From positions 37,245-101,244 of the IMG/VR virus record IMGVR_UViG_3300035703_000038: a DNA stretch of 64,000 bases; one strand, written 5' to 3'. A program made the translations under genes and the position numbers. Positions within the stretch are counted from its first letter, which is position 1, and each line of letters opens with the position of its first letter. A model generated the notes under the pieces. It was given only the letters and a program-made list of their open reading frames with translations. It did not search any database and was not told the origin of the DNA. Below are positions 37,664 to 49,432 of this stretch, piece after piece. Source of the stretch: a virus.

Positions 37664-38332
37664 GTGGCCACAAATTTTTATTTCAACAATTTTAATAATA
37701 GTCAAGAACAGAACTTAATTGAAGATCTTGTTATCGAGTCAATTAAGATCTACGGCCATGAAGTTTGGTATTGCCCAAGAACTATTGTTAGTGAAGAAGA
37801 GGTATTCAGTGAAGATGAGTTAGCTTCATTTAACAATGCTTATTCAATTGAAATGTATATTAAGAATGTTGAAGGGTTTGAAGGTGAAGGTGACTTCCTA
37901 TCTAAGTTTGGTTTACAGATTAGAGACAGAATTACATTTACAGTCTCTAGGAGATCATTTACAGAAGAAATTCCTGGATTAGCAAGGCCAAGAGAAGGCG
38001 ACATGATTTTCTTCCCTCTAACATCTAAGGGGTATGTTGTTAGATTTGTTGAGCACGAGGCCATCTTTTATCAAATGGGTTCTCTACAGACCTATGATGT
38101 TGTTTGTGAGCTATTTGAGTTTAACCAAGAGACATTCAATACAGGTATTGATATTATTGATGATACCTATAATGATCTTAGCTTTGCAATGGCAAATAGC
38201 ACGCAAGCTGTCACAACATTTAATATTTCAACAATTGACAAGCAAGCACAAAATGAGCTATTTGAAACAAAGGGTGATGACATTCTTGACTTCACAGAAA
38301 TTAACCCATTCTCAGAGGCTAATACCTACTAA
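37664..38332 (+). CDS. gp14: Neck protein gp14
   Basis: EQNLIEDLVIESIKIYG, FLSKFGL, PREGD, VEHE..FYQ and DFTEINPF. Confidence 0.93.
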   Translation: MATNFYFNNFNNSQEQNLIEDLVIESIKIYGHEVWYCPRTIVSEEEVFSEDELASFNNAYSIEMYIKNVEGFEGEGDFLSKFGLQIRDRITFTVSRRSFTEEIPGLARPREGDMIFFPLTSKGYVVRFVEHEAIFYQMGSLQTYDVVCELFEFNQETFNTGIDIIDDTYNDLSFAMANSTQAVTTFNISTIDKQAQNELFETKGDDILDFTEINPFSEANTY

Positions 38333-39199
38333 TGTTTGGCAACGAATTTTATCACGAAACAATTAGACGCTATGTTATTGTCTTTGGTACAATGTTTAAT
38401 GACATGGTTGTTTGGAGAAGGAACACTGCTGGAGCAATCATCAAGCGCATCAAGGTTCCTATTGCCTATGGCCCAAGAGCTAAGTTCTTGTCGAGATTGA
38501 GGCAGGATCCAAACCTAACAAAGCCAGATGCTATTAGTCTCCCAAGAATGAGTTTTCAGATTGTTGGTTATAATTATGACCCAACAAGAAAGCTTCCAAC
38601 AGCTGGTCAAATAAAGGCACCAGTTGCCAATAATTCTGTTAACGGCTCTGTGTACAATCCTGTACCGTGGAATATAGACTTTGAGTTATCAATCTACGTT
38701 CTAAATGCTGAAGATGGCACTCAGCTTATTGAACAAATTATTCCATTCTTTACCCCTGAATGGACTAATACGATGAAGCTTGTTGATGATCTCGATATTC
38801 GTATGGATGTCCCGGTACTATTGAATACAATTACAACCGAAGACACCTATGAAGATGCATATGAGAATAGAAGAACCATTATCCACACATTAAACTTCAC
38901 AATGAAGGGATATTTGTTTGGACCAGTAAAGAATAAGGCAATTATTAATACAGCTGACACGAGAACATTTGTTATTGACGGCTTTGGTGATGATCTTGTG
39001 ACAGAGTCAACAGTAATTGCTGGTAATGCAGCATTAGCAAACTCATTATTCTTTACAACAACAAATGTACGTCCGGGCTTGGACGCCAACGGTAATCCAA
39101 CATCCGATCCTGCTATAACTATTCCTGTTGCTAATATTGCAGCAAATGATAACTGGGCATTTATTGTCACTACAAATACAAATCCTGATTTTCCAATAG

Positions 39200-39228
<29 letters not shown>
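38332..39228 (+). CDS. gp15: Tail sheath stabiliser/terminator gp15
   Basis: FYHETIRRYVIVFGTMFN, VPIAYGP..KFL, LPRMSF and EQIIPFF.P. Confidence 0.93.
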
Positions 39229-41303
<2,075 letters not shown>

Positions 41304-41321
41304 ACATGAACCCAGGGAATT

Positions 41322-41329
41322 TATAAATA
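41322..41329 (+). promoter_or_regulatory. T4-type late promoter
   Basis: TATAAATA upstream of gp18. Confidence 0.85.
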
Positions 41330-41375
41330 ATTTCAGTAGCTTTATTCAATAGATTTGTCTACGAGGAGAATCACA

Positions 41376-43688
41376 ATGGCATTTCAAGTTAGCCCAGGTG
41401 TAAATGTAAGCGAAATCGACTTGACAACAGTGGTTCCTGCCGTATCTTCAACAGAAGGTGGTATTGCAGGTACTTTCCGCTGGGGTCCAGTAGAGGACAG
41501 AGTTAATCTTTCATCAGAAGTTGAGCTAGTCAAGTCATTTGGCAAGCCAAGCGATGATAACTTTGAAACCTTCCACGTTGCATCTTCATTTTTAGCATAT
41601 GGCAATCAGCTATATGTTGTCCGTGCTGCCGACGCAAATGCTTACAACGCATATGCTAACACAACAGCCGCATCAAACTTACAAGTTAAGAATTCAGATG
41701 ATTATCTAACAAAGACAACAGGTGCTGCACAAGGTGCTATCTACCGTGCCAAGTATCCTGGTACAATTGGTAACTCCTTGAAGGTTTCCATTTGCGATTC
41801 TGCAAATGCTTACCAATCAAACCTAATGTCATCTGTAAATAACTCAAACAACACGATTGCATTTGCAGTAAGTGTTGGTGCAAATACAGGTACATTGACA
41901 GTAACACAAGCTGCACAAAACGTAACAACCATTGCTGTTTCATCTGGTGGTTCAGGTTATGACAACGCTGACGTTATTGTTCTATCAGGTGGTACGACAA
42001 ATACAGGCAACTGCACAATCACAACAAACTCAACTGGTGGTATTACAGCAGTAACAGTTGTTGGCGGTGGTCAGTTCCCAAATACTTCAGTAATTGTGGT
42101 CCAGGTTGCCAACTCAACTGCTGGAGCAAACTCAACTAATGGTAACACATCAGCTGGCTCAAGCGCTGCATTCACAATCTCGCTTGGTTCATCAGCTGCT
42201 GCTAACTCATTAGCAAACACAGAACTAAACACTCAGCTAGATCTTCTAACTGCTGGCGACAAGCTAAAGGTTGGCAGTCAGTATCTGAGAGTGACAGCTA
42301 TCGGTGCTGTATCAGGTGTTTCAAACGGTGTAGTAAGATCAACAATCAACTTTGAAGATCTATACACTGGTTCATCAGCAGTTGCTAAGTCAACAAACTC
42401 AACATCAGCAGAAGCTGTAACACGTTACTGGGAATACTTTGATCAAGTAGATTCAGCACCAGGCACATCAGCATATGTTGCTGAGCGTGGCGGTTCATCT
42501 GACGAGTTGCATGTGATTGTTGCTGACGAGGATGGTTTATTCTCAGGTGTCAAGGGCACAGTTCTAGAGAAGTTTGAAAGACTATCTCGTGCTACAGATG
42601 CTAAGAGAGAAGGCGCAACAATTTACTATAAGGACATCATCAACAATACATCTGAGTACTTGTGGTGGTTCAAGGACAACGGTTCTGCTTCTTCAAACAC
42701 AGCAAACAATATGTCCTCATCAGATACCAATGCTAAGCCAGTAACGAAGTCATTTGAAGGTGGTACAGATGGTGGTGGTGAAGCAAACGTTGCATTCTCA
42801 TACCTAGCAGCTGCATATGACAAGTTTGCATCAGCTGACGAAGTTGATATTTCCCTACTTCTAACAGGTAAGGCAAGAGGCGGCACATATGGTGAGCAGC
42901 TAGCTAACTACCTAATTGACAACATTGCTGAAGTACGTAAGGATTGCGTTGTATTTGCATCACCAGATAGAGGTGATGTAGTGAATGTTCAAGCTGGTAC
43001 ACAAGTAGACAATGTTGTAGAGTTTAGAAATGCTCTAAGATCAACATCTTACGGTGTTCTAGATTCTGGCTACAAGTACACATACGACCGCTACAATGAT
43101 GTATACCGCTTCGTACCACTAAATGGTGATACAGCTGGTCTATGCGTCAGAACTGATAACGTAAGAGATCCATGGTGGTCACCAGCTGGCTTCAATAGAG
43201 GCCAGATCAAGAACATTGTCAAGCTAGCATATAGCCCAGACAAGGCAGATAGAGATGTACTATACAAGGCAGGTGTAAACCCAGTTGTTACATTCCCTGG
43301 TCAAGGTACAGTTCTATTTGGTGACAAGACTCTACTTGCTAAGCCATCAGCATTCGATAGAATCAACGTACGCAGATTGTTCATTGTCCTAGAGAAGGCA
43401 ATTGCTACAGCTGCTAAGTTCACACTATTCGAGTTCAACGATGACTTCACAAGAGCTCAGTTCCGTAACTTGGTAGAGCCATATCTACGTGAGATCCAGG
43501 GACGTCGTGGTATCTATGACTTCAGAGTAGTCTGTGATACAACGAATAACACACCTGAAGTAATTGACAGCAATCAGTTCATTGGTGATATCTACATCAA
43601 GCCTGCTCGCTCAATCAACTTCATCCAACTAAACTTTGTTGCAGTTAGATCTGGTGTCGAATTCAGCGAAGTCGTTGGTCAGTTTTAA
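41376..43688 (+). CDS. gp18: Tail sheath protein gp18 with an inserted domain
   Basis: MAFQVSPGVNVSEIDLT, WWSPAGFNRG, FDRINVRRLF and IKPARSINFIQLNF. RBS GAGGAG. Confidence 0.97.
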   Translation: MAFQVSPGVNVSEIDLTTVVPAVSSTEGGIAGTFRWGPVEDRVNLSSEVELVKSFGKPSDDNFETFHVASSFLAYGNQLYVVRAADANAYNAYANTTAASNLQVKNSDDYLTKTTGAAQGAIYRAKYPGTIGNSLKVSICDSANAYQSNLMSSVNNSNNTIAFAVSVGANTGTLTVTQAAQNVTTIAVSSGGSGYDNADVIVLSGGTTNTGNCTITTNSTGGITAVTVVGGGQFPNTSVIVVQVANSTAGANSTNGNTSAGSSAAFTISLGSSAAANSLANTELNTQLDLLTAGDKLKVGSQYLRVTAIGAVSGVSNGVVRSTINFEDLYTGSSAVAKSTNSTSAEAVTRYWEYFDQVDSAPGTSAYVAERGGSSDELHVIVADEDGLFSGVKGTVLEKFERLSRATDAKREGATIYYKDIINNTSEYLWWFKDNGSASSNTANNMSSSDTNAKPVTKSFEGGTDGGGEANVAFSYLAAAYDKFASADEVDISLLLTGKARGGTYGEQLANYLIDNIAEVRKDCVVFASPDRGDVVNVQAGTQVDNVVEFRNALRSTSYGVLDSGYKYTYDRYNDVYRFVPLNGDTAGLCVRTDNVRDPWWSPAGFNRGQIKNIVKLAYSPDKADRDVLYKAGVNPVVTFPGQGTVLFGDKTLLAKPSAFDRINVRRLFIVLEKAIATAAKFTLFEFNDDFTRAQFRNLVEPYLREIQGRRGIYDFRVVCDTTNNTPEVIDSNQFIGDIYIKPARSINFIQLNFVAVRSGVEFSEVVGQF

Positions 43689-43706
43689 TCGATAGGAGAG
43701 ACGTAA

Positions 43707-44243
43707 ATGGCTTTCAACATTAACGAAATTAAGAGTCAGCTTGCACTTGGTGGTGCTCGCCCATCTCTTTTCCAAGTAAGACTAAGCAATCCAGCGACAA
43801 CTGAAGCTGATTCAGTAGTACCTTTCATGGTAAAGGCTGCTCAGATTCCAGCTTCGACAATTGCTCCAATTGAAGTATTCTACTTTGGCCGTCCAATTAA
43901 GTTGGCCGGTCAAAGAATCTTCGATAACTGGACAGTAACAGTTATTAATGATGAAGACTTCAAGGTACGCAAGGCGCTTGAGACATGGTCTTATAACATT
44001 AACTCATACTCAGGTAACATTCGCGAGTTTGCCACATCAGCACCAGCTGAGTATAAGGGCAGAGCAGAAGTTATCCAGTACAGCAAGACAGGTGAAGAAC
44101 TACGCACTTATGTCTTCGAAGGTATCTTCCCAATTGCTCTAGGTCCAATTGAGCTATCATGGGAAAATGGTAACGCTATCGAAGAGTTCCAGTGTGAGTT
44201 TGCTCTAGATTACTGGACAGTCCCAGCTGACGGTCAAGAGTAA
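43707..44243 (+). CDS. gp19: Tail tube protein gp19
   Basis: GGARPSLFQV, GR.IKLAG.R.FDNWTVTVINDEDF and IEEFQCEFALDYW. Confidence 0.95.
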   Translation: MAFNINEIKSQLALGGARPSLFQVRLSNPATTEADSVVPFMVKAAQIPASTIAPIEVFYFGRPIKLAGQRIFDNWTVTVINDEDFKVRKALETWSYNINSYSGNIREFATSAPAEYKGRAEVIQYSKTGEELRTYVFEGIFPIALGPIELSWENGNAIEEFQCEFALDYWTVPADGQE

Positions 44244-44254
44244 TAAGGGATAAA

Positions 44255-44281
44255 GAGGGCCGCTAAATATAAGCGGCCCTC
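44255..44281 (+). promoter_or_regulatory. GC-rich hairpin between gp19 and gp20 with late-promoter-like CTAAATA in its loop
   Basis: GAGGGCCGCT/AGCGGCCCTC 10-bp stem with no U-tract. Confidence 0.55.
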
Positions 44282-44307
44282 CTACTCTCTACTAGAGGTT
44301 ATATAAT

Positions 44308-45861
44308 ATGGAATTATTTGGGTTTGAGATAAAAAAGAAGCAAGAAGAGCTACCACAAGTAGTAGCTGTCACTCAGCCTTCCTTTGTTCCCCCAGTAAAT
44401 GACGACGGTGCCGTTATCGTATCAGGTGGCGGCGTTGTAGGTACCTATGTCGATCTTGAAGGTACTGCAAGAACTGAAGCTGAGTTAATTACAAGATATC
44501 GTCAACTATCTCTCCAGCCAGAAATTGAAACTGCCGTAGAAGAAATTGTAGGTGAGATGATCTCCTATGATTCAAACCAAGAGCAGGTTAATATCAATCT
44601 TGACGATCTAGAATTCTCAAAGCAACTTAAAGACAAGATTACAGATGAGTTTGATGAAGTGAAGAAACTTCTTGACTTCTCTTCATCTGGGTTTGATATC
44701 ATCAGAAGATGGTATGTTGATGGTAGATTATACTATCATGTAATAATTGATACAACTAATCCACAAGATGGCATCAAAGAGCTTCGCTATATTGATCCAA
44801 GAAAGATTAGAAAGATCAGAGAGATCAAAAAAGATAAGAAGACTGTTGCTGTACAAAATGAATACTACATGTACAACGATAAGGGATTCCAAGCTAAGGA
44901 AGTAACATCTTCCACGAATGGTTTGAGAATTGCCAAGGATTCAATTGTTCTAGTATCATCAGGCTTACTAGACGAAAACAACTCATACGTACTTTCCTAT
45001 CTTCATAAGGCTATCAAGCCAATGAACCAGCTACGTATGCTAGAGGATGCCTCTGTAATCTATAGATTAACAAGAGCACCAGAAAGAAGAGTATTCTATA
45101 TTGATGTTGGTAACCTTCCAAAGATGAAGGCAGAACAATATCTTGCTGACATGATGCAGCGTCATAAGAATAGATTAGTATATGATGCTACAACTGGTGA
45201 AGTCAGAGATGACAGAAAGTTCATGACAATGACAGAAGACTTCTGGATCCCACGCCGTGAAGGTGGTAAGGGTACAGAAATCCAAACTCTACCACCAGGC
45301 GCAAACCTAGGCCAAATGGAAGATGTTGTATACTTCCAAAAGAGATTGTATCAATCACTACATGTTCCTGTAACAAGATTGAATGCAGATCAATCATTTA
45401 ACTTAGGTCGCTCATCAGAAATTACTAGAGAAGAATTGAGATTCTCTAAGTTTATTGACCGTCTAAGAATGAAGTTCTCTGTATTGTTCAAAGACGCTCT
45501 TGGCAAGCAGCTAGTTCTAAAGGGTATTGTTGCACAAGAAGAACTATCTGAGATTATGTCAAAGATTAAATTTGACTATGTCCAAGATGGATACTTCACT
45601 GAGTTGAAAGAAGCAGAGATTATTACAAATAGAGTGAACACTGTTAAGAATATGGAAGATATGATTGGTGTTTACTACTCTCGCAACTTTGTCCGTAAGA
45701 AAGTTCTACGTCTATCTGATGATGACATTGAACAAATGGATAAAGAAAACCAAGAAGATCCAATCCTTCAACAGCAAGCTGAACAGCAAGATGCTCAGCA
45801 AGAGATGCAGCAACAGCAGACACAACTCCAGCAGCGCAAAGCTGATATGGAACAGGTTTAA
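44308..45861 (+). CDS. gp20: Portal protein gp20
   Basis: WYVDGR, YLHKAIKP.NQLRMLED, RAPERRVFYIDVGNLP and EDFWIPRREGGKGTEI. Confidence 0.97.
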   Translation: MELFGFEIKKKQEELPQVVAVTQPSFVPPVNDDGAVIVSGGGVVGTYVDLEGTARTEAELITRYRQLSLQPEIETAVEEIVGEMISYDSNQEQVNINLDDLEFSKQLKDKITDEFDEVKKLLDFSSSGFDIIRRWYVDGRLYYHVIIDTTNPQDGIKELRYIDPRKIRKIREIKKDKKTVAVQNEYYMYNDKGFQAKEVTSSTNGLRIAKDSIVLVSSGLLDENNSYVLSYLHKAIKPMNQLRMLEDASVIYRLTRAPERRVFYIDVGNLPKMKAEQYLADMMQRHKNRLVYDATTGEVRDDRKFMTMTEDFWIPRREGGKGTEIQTLPPGANLGQMEDVVYFQKRLYQSLHVPVTRLNADQSFNLGRSSEITREELRFSKFIDRLRMKFSVLFKDALGKQLVLKGIVAQEELSEIMSKIKFDYVQDGYFTELKEAEIITNRVNTVKNMEDMIGVYYSRNFVRKKVLRLSDDDIEQMDKENQEDPILQQQAEQQDAQQEMQQQQTQLQQRKADMEQV

Positions 45862-45872
45862 TTGAACAGATT

Positions 45873-45880
45873 GATAAATA
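45873..45880 (+). promoter_or_regulatory. Late promoter variant
   Basis: Intergenic GATAAATA upstream of 45903. Confidence 0.55.
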
Positions 45881-45902
45881 ATTAGAATATTGGAGTTATT
45901 AT

Positions 45903-46106
45903 ATGTCAGAGCACGTAAAAGATATGATTGATGCAGTTATCAACCAGGATGCCGCAGCATTCTTAGATAAGTTTGAAACTGCAATCAATACAAAGGTAGC
46001 AGCTAAGTTGGATACATTGTATCCAGAAGTTGCCCACGCAGTAATGAATCCACAAGCTGAAGCTCCTACGGTAGATGCTCCAGCTGATGTACCAGTAGAA
46101 CAATAA
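45903..46106 (+). CDS. Prohead core protein (gp67-like)
   Basis: Small acidic helical protein directly after the portal gene. Confidence 0.6.
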   Translation: MSEHVKDMIDAVINQDAAAFLDKFETAINTKVAAKLDTLYPEVAHAVMNPQAEAPTVDAPADVPVEQ

Positions 46107-46116
46107 GGGGATAGTA

Positions 46117-47241
46117 ATGGCCACAATTCGCGAATCATTAAAGAAGCTAGCAGAGGTTGCAAAGCCTGTTCCTGGTGATGAGCAGGAATTTGTGGCTAAG
46201 CATGGCTTGAAGGTTATGGACTTTCAAGGTAAAGATGCACTATCAGCAGAGTCACCATATGACCACATTCTAAAGAATGTTGCTGCTATCAAGAAGCCAG
46301 GTGATCCAGGTAAGGATGACCATGGCCATGATGCACCAGGTGAGTCAGAGGCTGCCTATCATATGCCAGAATCGAGAGATGAAAAGATTGCTAAGCTTTC
46401 CATGATGATGGAGGCAACAATCGACCCAAAAGAACAACAGCTAGCTGATTCATTAAAGAGTCTGCTAGCTGAGACATTCTCTATGTACTTAAAGGCCCAC
46501 CACTTCCACTGGAATGTAATGGGTCCAGACTTTGCACAGTATCACGACTTCCTAGGTGAACTATACAAGGAAGTCCATGGAGCAGTAGATATGATTGCTG
46601 AGAACATTAGAGTTCTTGGTGAGCTTGCTCCAGGCAATCTTCGTACAATGGAATCGAGTCAATACACAGACCCACATCTAATGGTTGTAGACCTAATGAT
46701 GGATAACGAAAAGGTTATTGAATCTCTAAAGGCCTCATACAAGTTAGCTGAGTCAATGGACAGACTAGGAATCTCAAACTTCCTACAAGACAGAATCACT
46801 GTCCACGAAAAGCATCATTGGATGCTTCAAGCTATTGCTGGCGTTAAGGGTGAAGAGCCAATGCAAGAGGCAAAGCAGGTTGTTGGTGTTGAAATGCACT
46901 ATAAGCATCCAACAAAGAAGCCTTTCAAGGTTACACACTTCTCTGTTCAAGATGCTGAGCGTGGCAGAAAGGAATATGAGAAGATGGGTTATAAGCTTGT
47001 TGGTAAGAAAGCACAGATGGGTGAAGAAGCCGAACAAGTAGAAGAGATGGCTCCATTGCTACCAAAGCAAAAAGTAATTGCTAAGGACTTGCTATCAAAA
47101 GAAATGCAGAAGCGTAAAGAAGAACGTGCTGCTAAAAAGCAAGCTGGTGTTCAGGGTCGCCCTTCAACAATCAGTGCAGAACTTGAAGCTATGAGAAGCA
47201 GACATCAAAGATTCAAGAAGCAGATTATCGACAAGACATGA
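46117..47241 (+). CDS. Prohead core/internal head protein containing a Dps (mini-ferritin) domain
   Basis: HHFHWNVMGPDFAQYHDFLGELY..V...VDMIAENIRVLG...HEKHHWML is a Dps signature. Lys/Glu-rich flanks. Confidence 0.85.
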   Translation: MATIRESLKKLAEVAKPVPGDEQEFVAKHGLKVMDFQGKDALSAESPYDHILKNVAAIKKPGDPGKDDHGHDAPGESEAAYHMPESRDEKIAKLSMMMEATIDPKEQQLADSLKSLLAETFSMYLKAHHFHWNVMGPDFAQYHDFLGELYKEVHGAVDMIAENIRVLGELAPGNLRTMESSQYTDPHLMVVDLMMDNEKVIESLKASYKLAESMDRLGISNFLQDRITVHEKHHWMLQAIAGVKGEEPMQEAKQVVGVEMHYKHPTKKPFKVTHFSVQDAERGRKEYEKMGYKLVGKKAQMGEEAEQVEEMAPLLPKQKVIAKDLLSKEMQKRKEERAAKKQAGVQGRPSTISAELEAMRSRHQRFKKQIIDKT

Positions 47242-47519
47242 AAAAGTTTTTAGACTATCTTAATGAAGAGGGTGAGCTACAAGGAGCCTTGCATAGCAAG
47301 AATCCAATGAAGGTTAGAAAAGCAGCAGGTGAGCTGAGAGCAGAAATGCGTAATAAGATTCCAGCTCACCATGCAGAGAGACTAATTAGCAAGTATAGTA
47401 ACCATCCTAAGCTTGCTTCTGAGTTAAGACAGGCAAAAGAAAAGTATCCAGAAGCTGACGTGAGACCAATACTAAAGACTCACGTTAGACAAATGAAGAT
47501 ACCATATATGGGTGTGTAA
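47238..47519 (+). CDS. Probable internal head protein
   Basis: N-terminus MKKFLDYLNEE resembles the T4 capsid-targeting sequence. The mature part is basic. Confidence 0.5.
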   Translation: MKKFLDYLNEEGELQGALHSKNPMKVRKAAGELRAEMRNKIPAHHAERLISKYSNHPKLASELRQAKEKYPEADVRPILKTHVRQMKIPYMGV

Positions 47520-47520
47520 A

Positions 47521-47787
47521 ATGACAGACGTAGTAAAATTTAAAGCAGCAGAGATTGCTCTATCAACTGCCAACAATGTCAATTTGGCAAGTGTTGTTAG
47601 ATTGCTAAATTCAAATACAACAACTGTTTCAACTATCACAATAGCCAATACAGGTGGTACAATTGCAACATTTACACTTGGATATGCTGGTACAGATGAG
47701 AGTGTAATTTACATTGCAAAGGAACCAACAGACACATTAGCTGCATCTGGTGGTACAGTTAAGGCTGCATCAGTTGCATACAAGTAA
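47521..47787 (+). CDS. Small beta-rich hypothetical protein upstream of gp21
   Basis: ATG at 47521 directly after the upstream stop. It fills the gap. Confidence 0.55.
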   Translation: MTDVVKFKAAEIALSTANNVNLASVVRLLNSNTTTVSTITIANTGGTIATFTLGYAGTDESVIYIAKEPTDTLAASGGTVKAASVAYK

Positions 47788-47799
47788 GAGAGAACAACA

Positions 47800-48459
47800 A
47801 TGAAACTAATCTGCGAAGTACTAGAAGAAGTACAACTAGTTACAGAAGAAAAGGAAGATGGTAAGAAGGACTTCTTTATTGAAGGTATCTTCATGCAAGC
47901 CGATCTACAAAATAGAAACGGCCGTATCTATCCAATGGCTGTAATGGAAAAAGAAGTTAACCGTTACGTTAAAGAATACGTAAACACAAAAAGAGCTTTT
48001 GGTGAGCTTGGTCATCCAGAAGGTCCACAAATCAACCTTGATCGTGTTTCACACATCATCACAGAGTTGAAGAGAGATGGATCAAATATTGTTGGTCGTG
48101 CCAAGATCCTTGAGACCCCAATGGGCAACATTGTTAGAAACATTATTCAAGGTGATGGTGCCGTAGGCGTTTCATCTCGTGGTCTGGGTTCACTAAAAGA
48201 AAGAAATGGTATCATGGAAGTCCAAGATGATTTCATGCTTGCCACAGCTGCTGATATTGTAGCTGATCCTTCAGCACCAAATGCATTTGTGACCGGTATT
48301 ATGGAAGGTGTAGAGTGGGTATGGGATAATGGTATCCTGAAGCAACAGCAGATTGAGATGTATAAGCAAGAGATTGAGAAGGCAGCAGCCAAGCCAAACA
48401 AGCGTGTTTTGGAAGAAGCAATGCTAAAAACCTGGTCTGACTTCCTGTCAAAACTTTAA
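47800..48459 (+). CDS. gp21: Prohead protease gp21
   Basis: IEGIFMQA..NRNGRIY, GELGHP, GVSSRGLGSL and DIVADPSAPNAFV. Confidence 0.97.
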   Translation: MKLICEVLEEVQLVTEEKEDGKKDFFIEGIFMQADLQNRNGRIYPMAVMEKEVNRYVKEYVNTKRAFGELGHPEGPQINLDRVSHIITELKRDGSNIVGRAKILETPMGNIVRNIIQGDGAVGVSSRGLGSLKERNGIMEVQDDFMLATAADIVADPSAPNAFVTGIMEGVEWVWDNGILKQQQIEMYKQEIEKAAAKPNKRVLEEAMLKTWSDFLSKL

Positions 48460-48462
48460 TTT

Positions 48463-48470
48463 TATAAATA
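48463..48470 (+). promoter_or_regulatory. T4-type late promoter
   Basis: TATAAATA upstream of gp22. Confidence 0.85.
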
Positions 48471-48511
48471 ATATTAACCAATTTACGTAAATTATTTGGG
48501 AGAAAAATACA

Positions 48512-49390
48512 ATGTCAGAAGTTAAAAACGAACTTCAAGAAGCAGACTTCACAGTACCAGGTGTTAATGCCTCAGTAGCAGGCCCAGTAACACCAGCTGG
48601 TGGTGAAGACTCATCAAAGGCCTCTAAGAAGGGCAAGGCTGAGATGCCAATGGAAAAGCTAAAGGCTGTCCAGGAAGATCTAGCTGCTCTATTTGATGGT
48701 TCAGAACTATCAGAAGATTTCAGAGAAAAAGCAACAGTTATTTTTGAAGCTGCTATCAACGAGAAGGTATCCGGCGTTGTAGCATCTCTAGAAGAGCAAT
48801 ACGAAGCACGTCTAACTGAAGAAGTTGGTGCTATCGAAGAAGCACTTGTAGAGAAAATTGACAGCTACCTAGACTACGTAGTAGAGCAATGGGTAGAAGA
48901 GAACAAGCTAGCAATTGAAAGCGGTATTAAGGCCGAAGTAGTTGAGAGCTTCATGGAAGGCCTAAAGGGTCTTTTCACAGAACATTATGTTGATGCTCCA
49001 CAAGAGAAGCTAGATGTTCTAGCTCAGACAGCCGCTGAAGTTGAAGAACTAAAGGCTAAGCTATCTGCATCAATCAATGAAAATATTGAACTATCTAAGA
49101 AGTTAGAATCCGTAGAAACAGAAAAGGCATTCATCGAAGTATCAGAAGGCCTAGCTGCTACACAGGTTGAAAAGCTTCGCACATTAGCAGAAGGCCTAGA
49201 GTATGCTGACGTTTCTTCATATAAGAAGAAGCTAGGCATGATCAAGGAATCATACTTTGCTGCTAAGAAGGTAGAGTCAAATGCTCAGCAACAGCTAAAT
49301 GAGGAAGTCGCTCCAACTCCAGCAGAGAAGGTAGTTGATCCAGTCATGAACAAGTACGCTGCAGCGATTTCTCGTTCGGTCCAAAAATAA
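48512..49390 (+). CDS. gp22: Prohead scaffold gp22
   Basis: LSEDFREKATVIFEAA and YLDYVVEQWVEENKLAIESG. Confidence 0.95.
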   Translation: MSEVKNELQEADFTVPGVNASVAGPVTPAGGEDSSKASKKGKAEMPMEKLKAVQEDLAALFDGSELSEDFREKATVIFEAAINEKVSGVVASLEEQYEARLTEEVGAIEEALVEKIDSYLDYVVEQWVEENKLAIESGIKAEVVESFMEGLKGLFTEHYVDAPQEKLDVLAQTAAEVEELKAKLSASINENIELSKKLESVETEKAFIEVSEGLAATQVEKLRTLAEGLEYADVSSYKKKLGMIKESYFAAKKVESNAQQQLNEEVAPTPAEKVVDPVMNKYAAAISRSVQK

Positions 49391-49396
49391 CCAATT

Positions 49397-49404
49397 TATA
49401 AATA
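49397..49404 (+). promoter_or_regulatory. T4-type late promoter
   Basis: TATAAATA upstream of gp23. RBS AAGGAG. Confidence 0.85.
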
Positions 49405-49432
49405 TTAGATAACCCCCAAAGGAGATATAAAG

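Noticed and set aside
45766-45861. Gln-rich tail of the portal protein
   Set aside because: Low-complexity variable C-termini are common in gp20 homologues.
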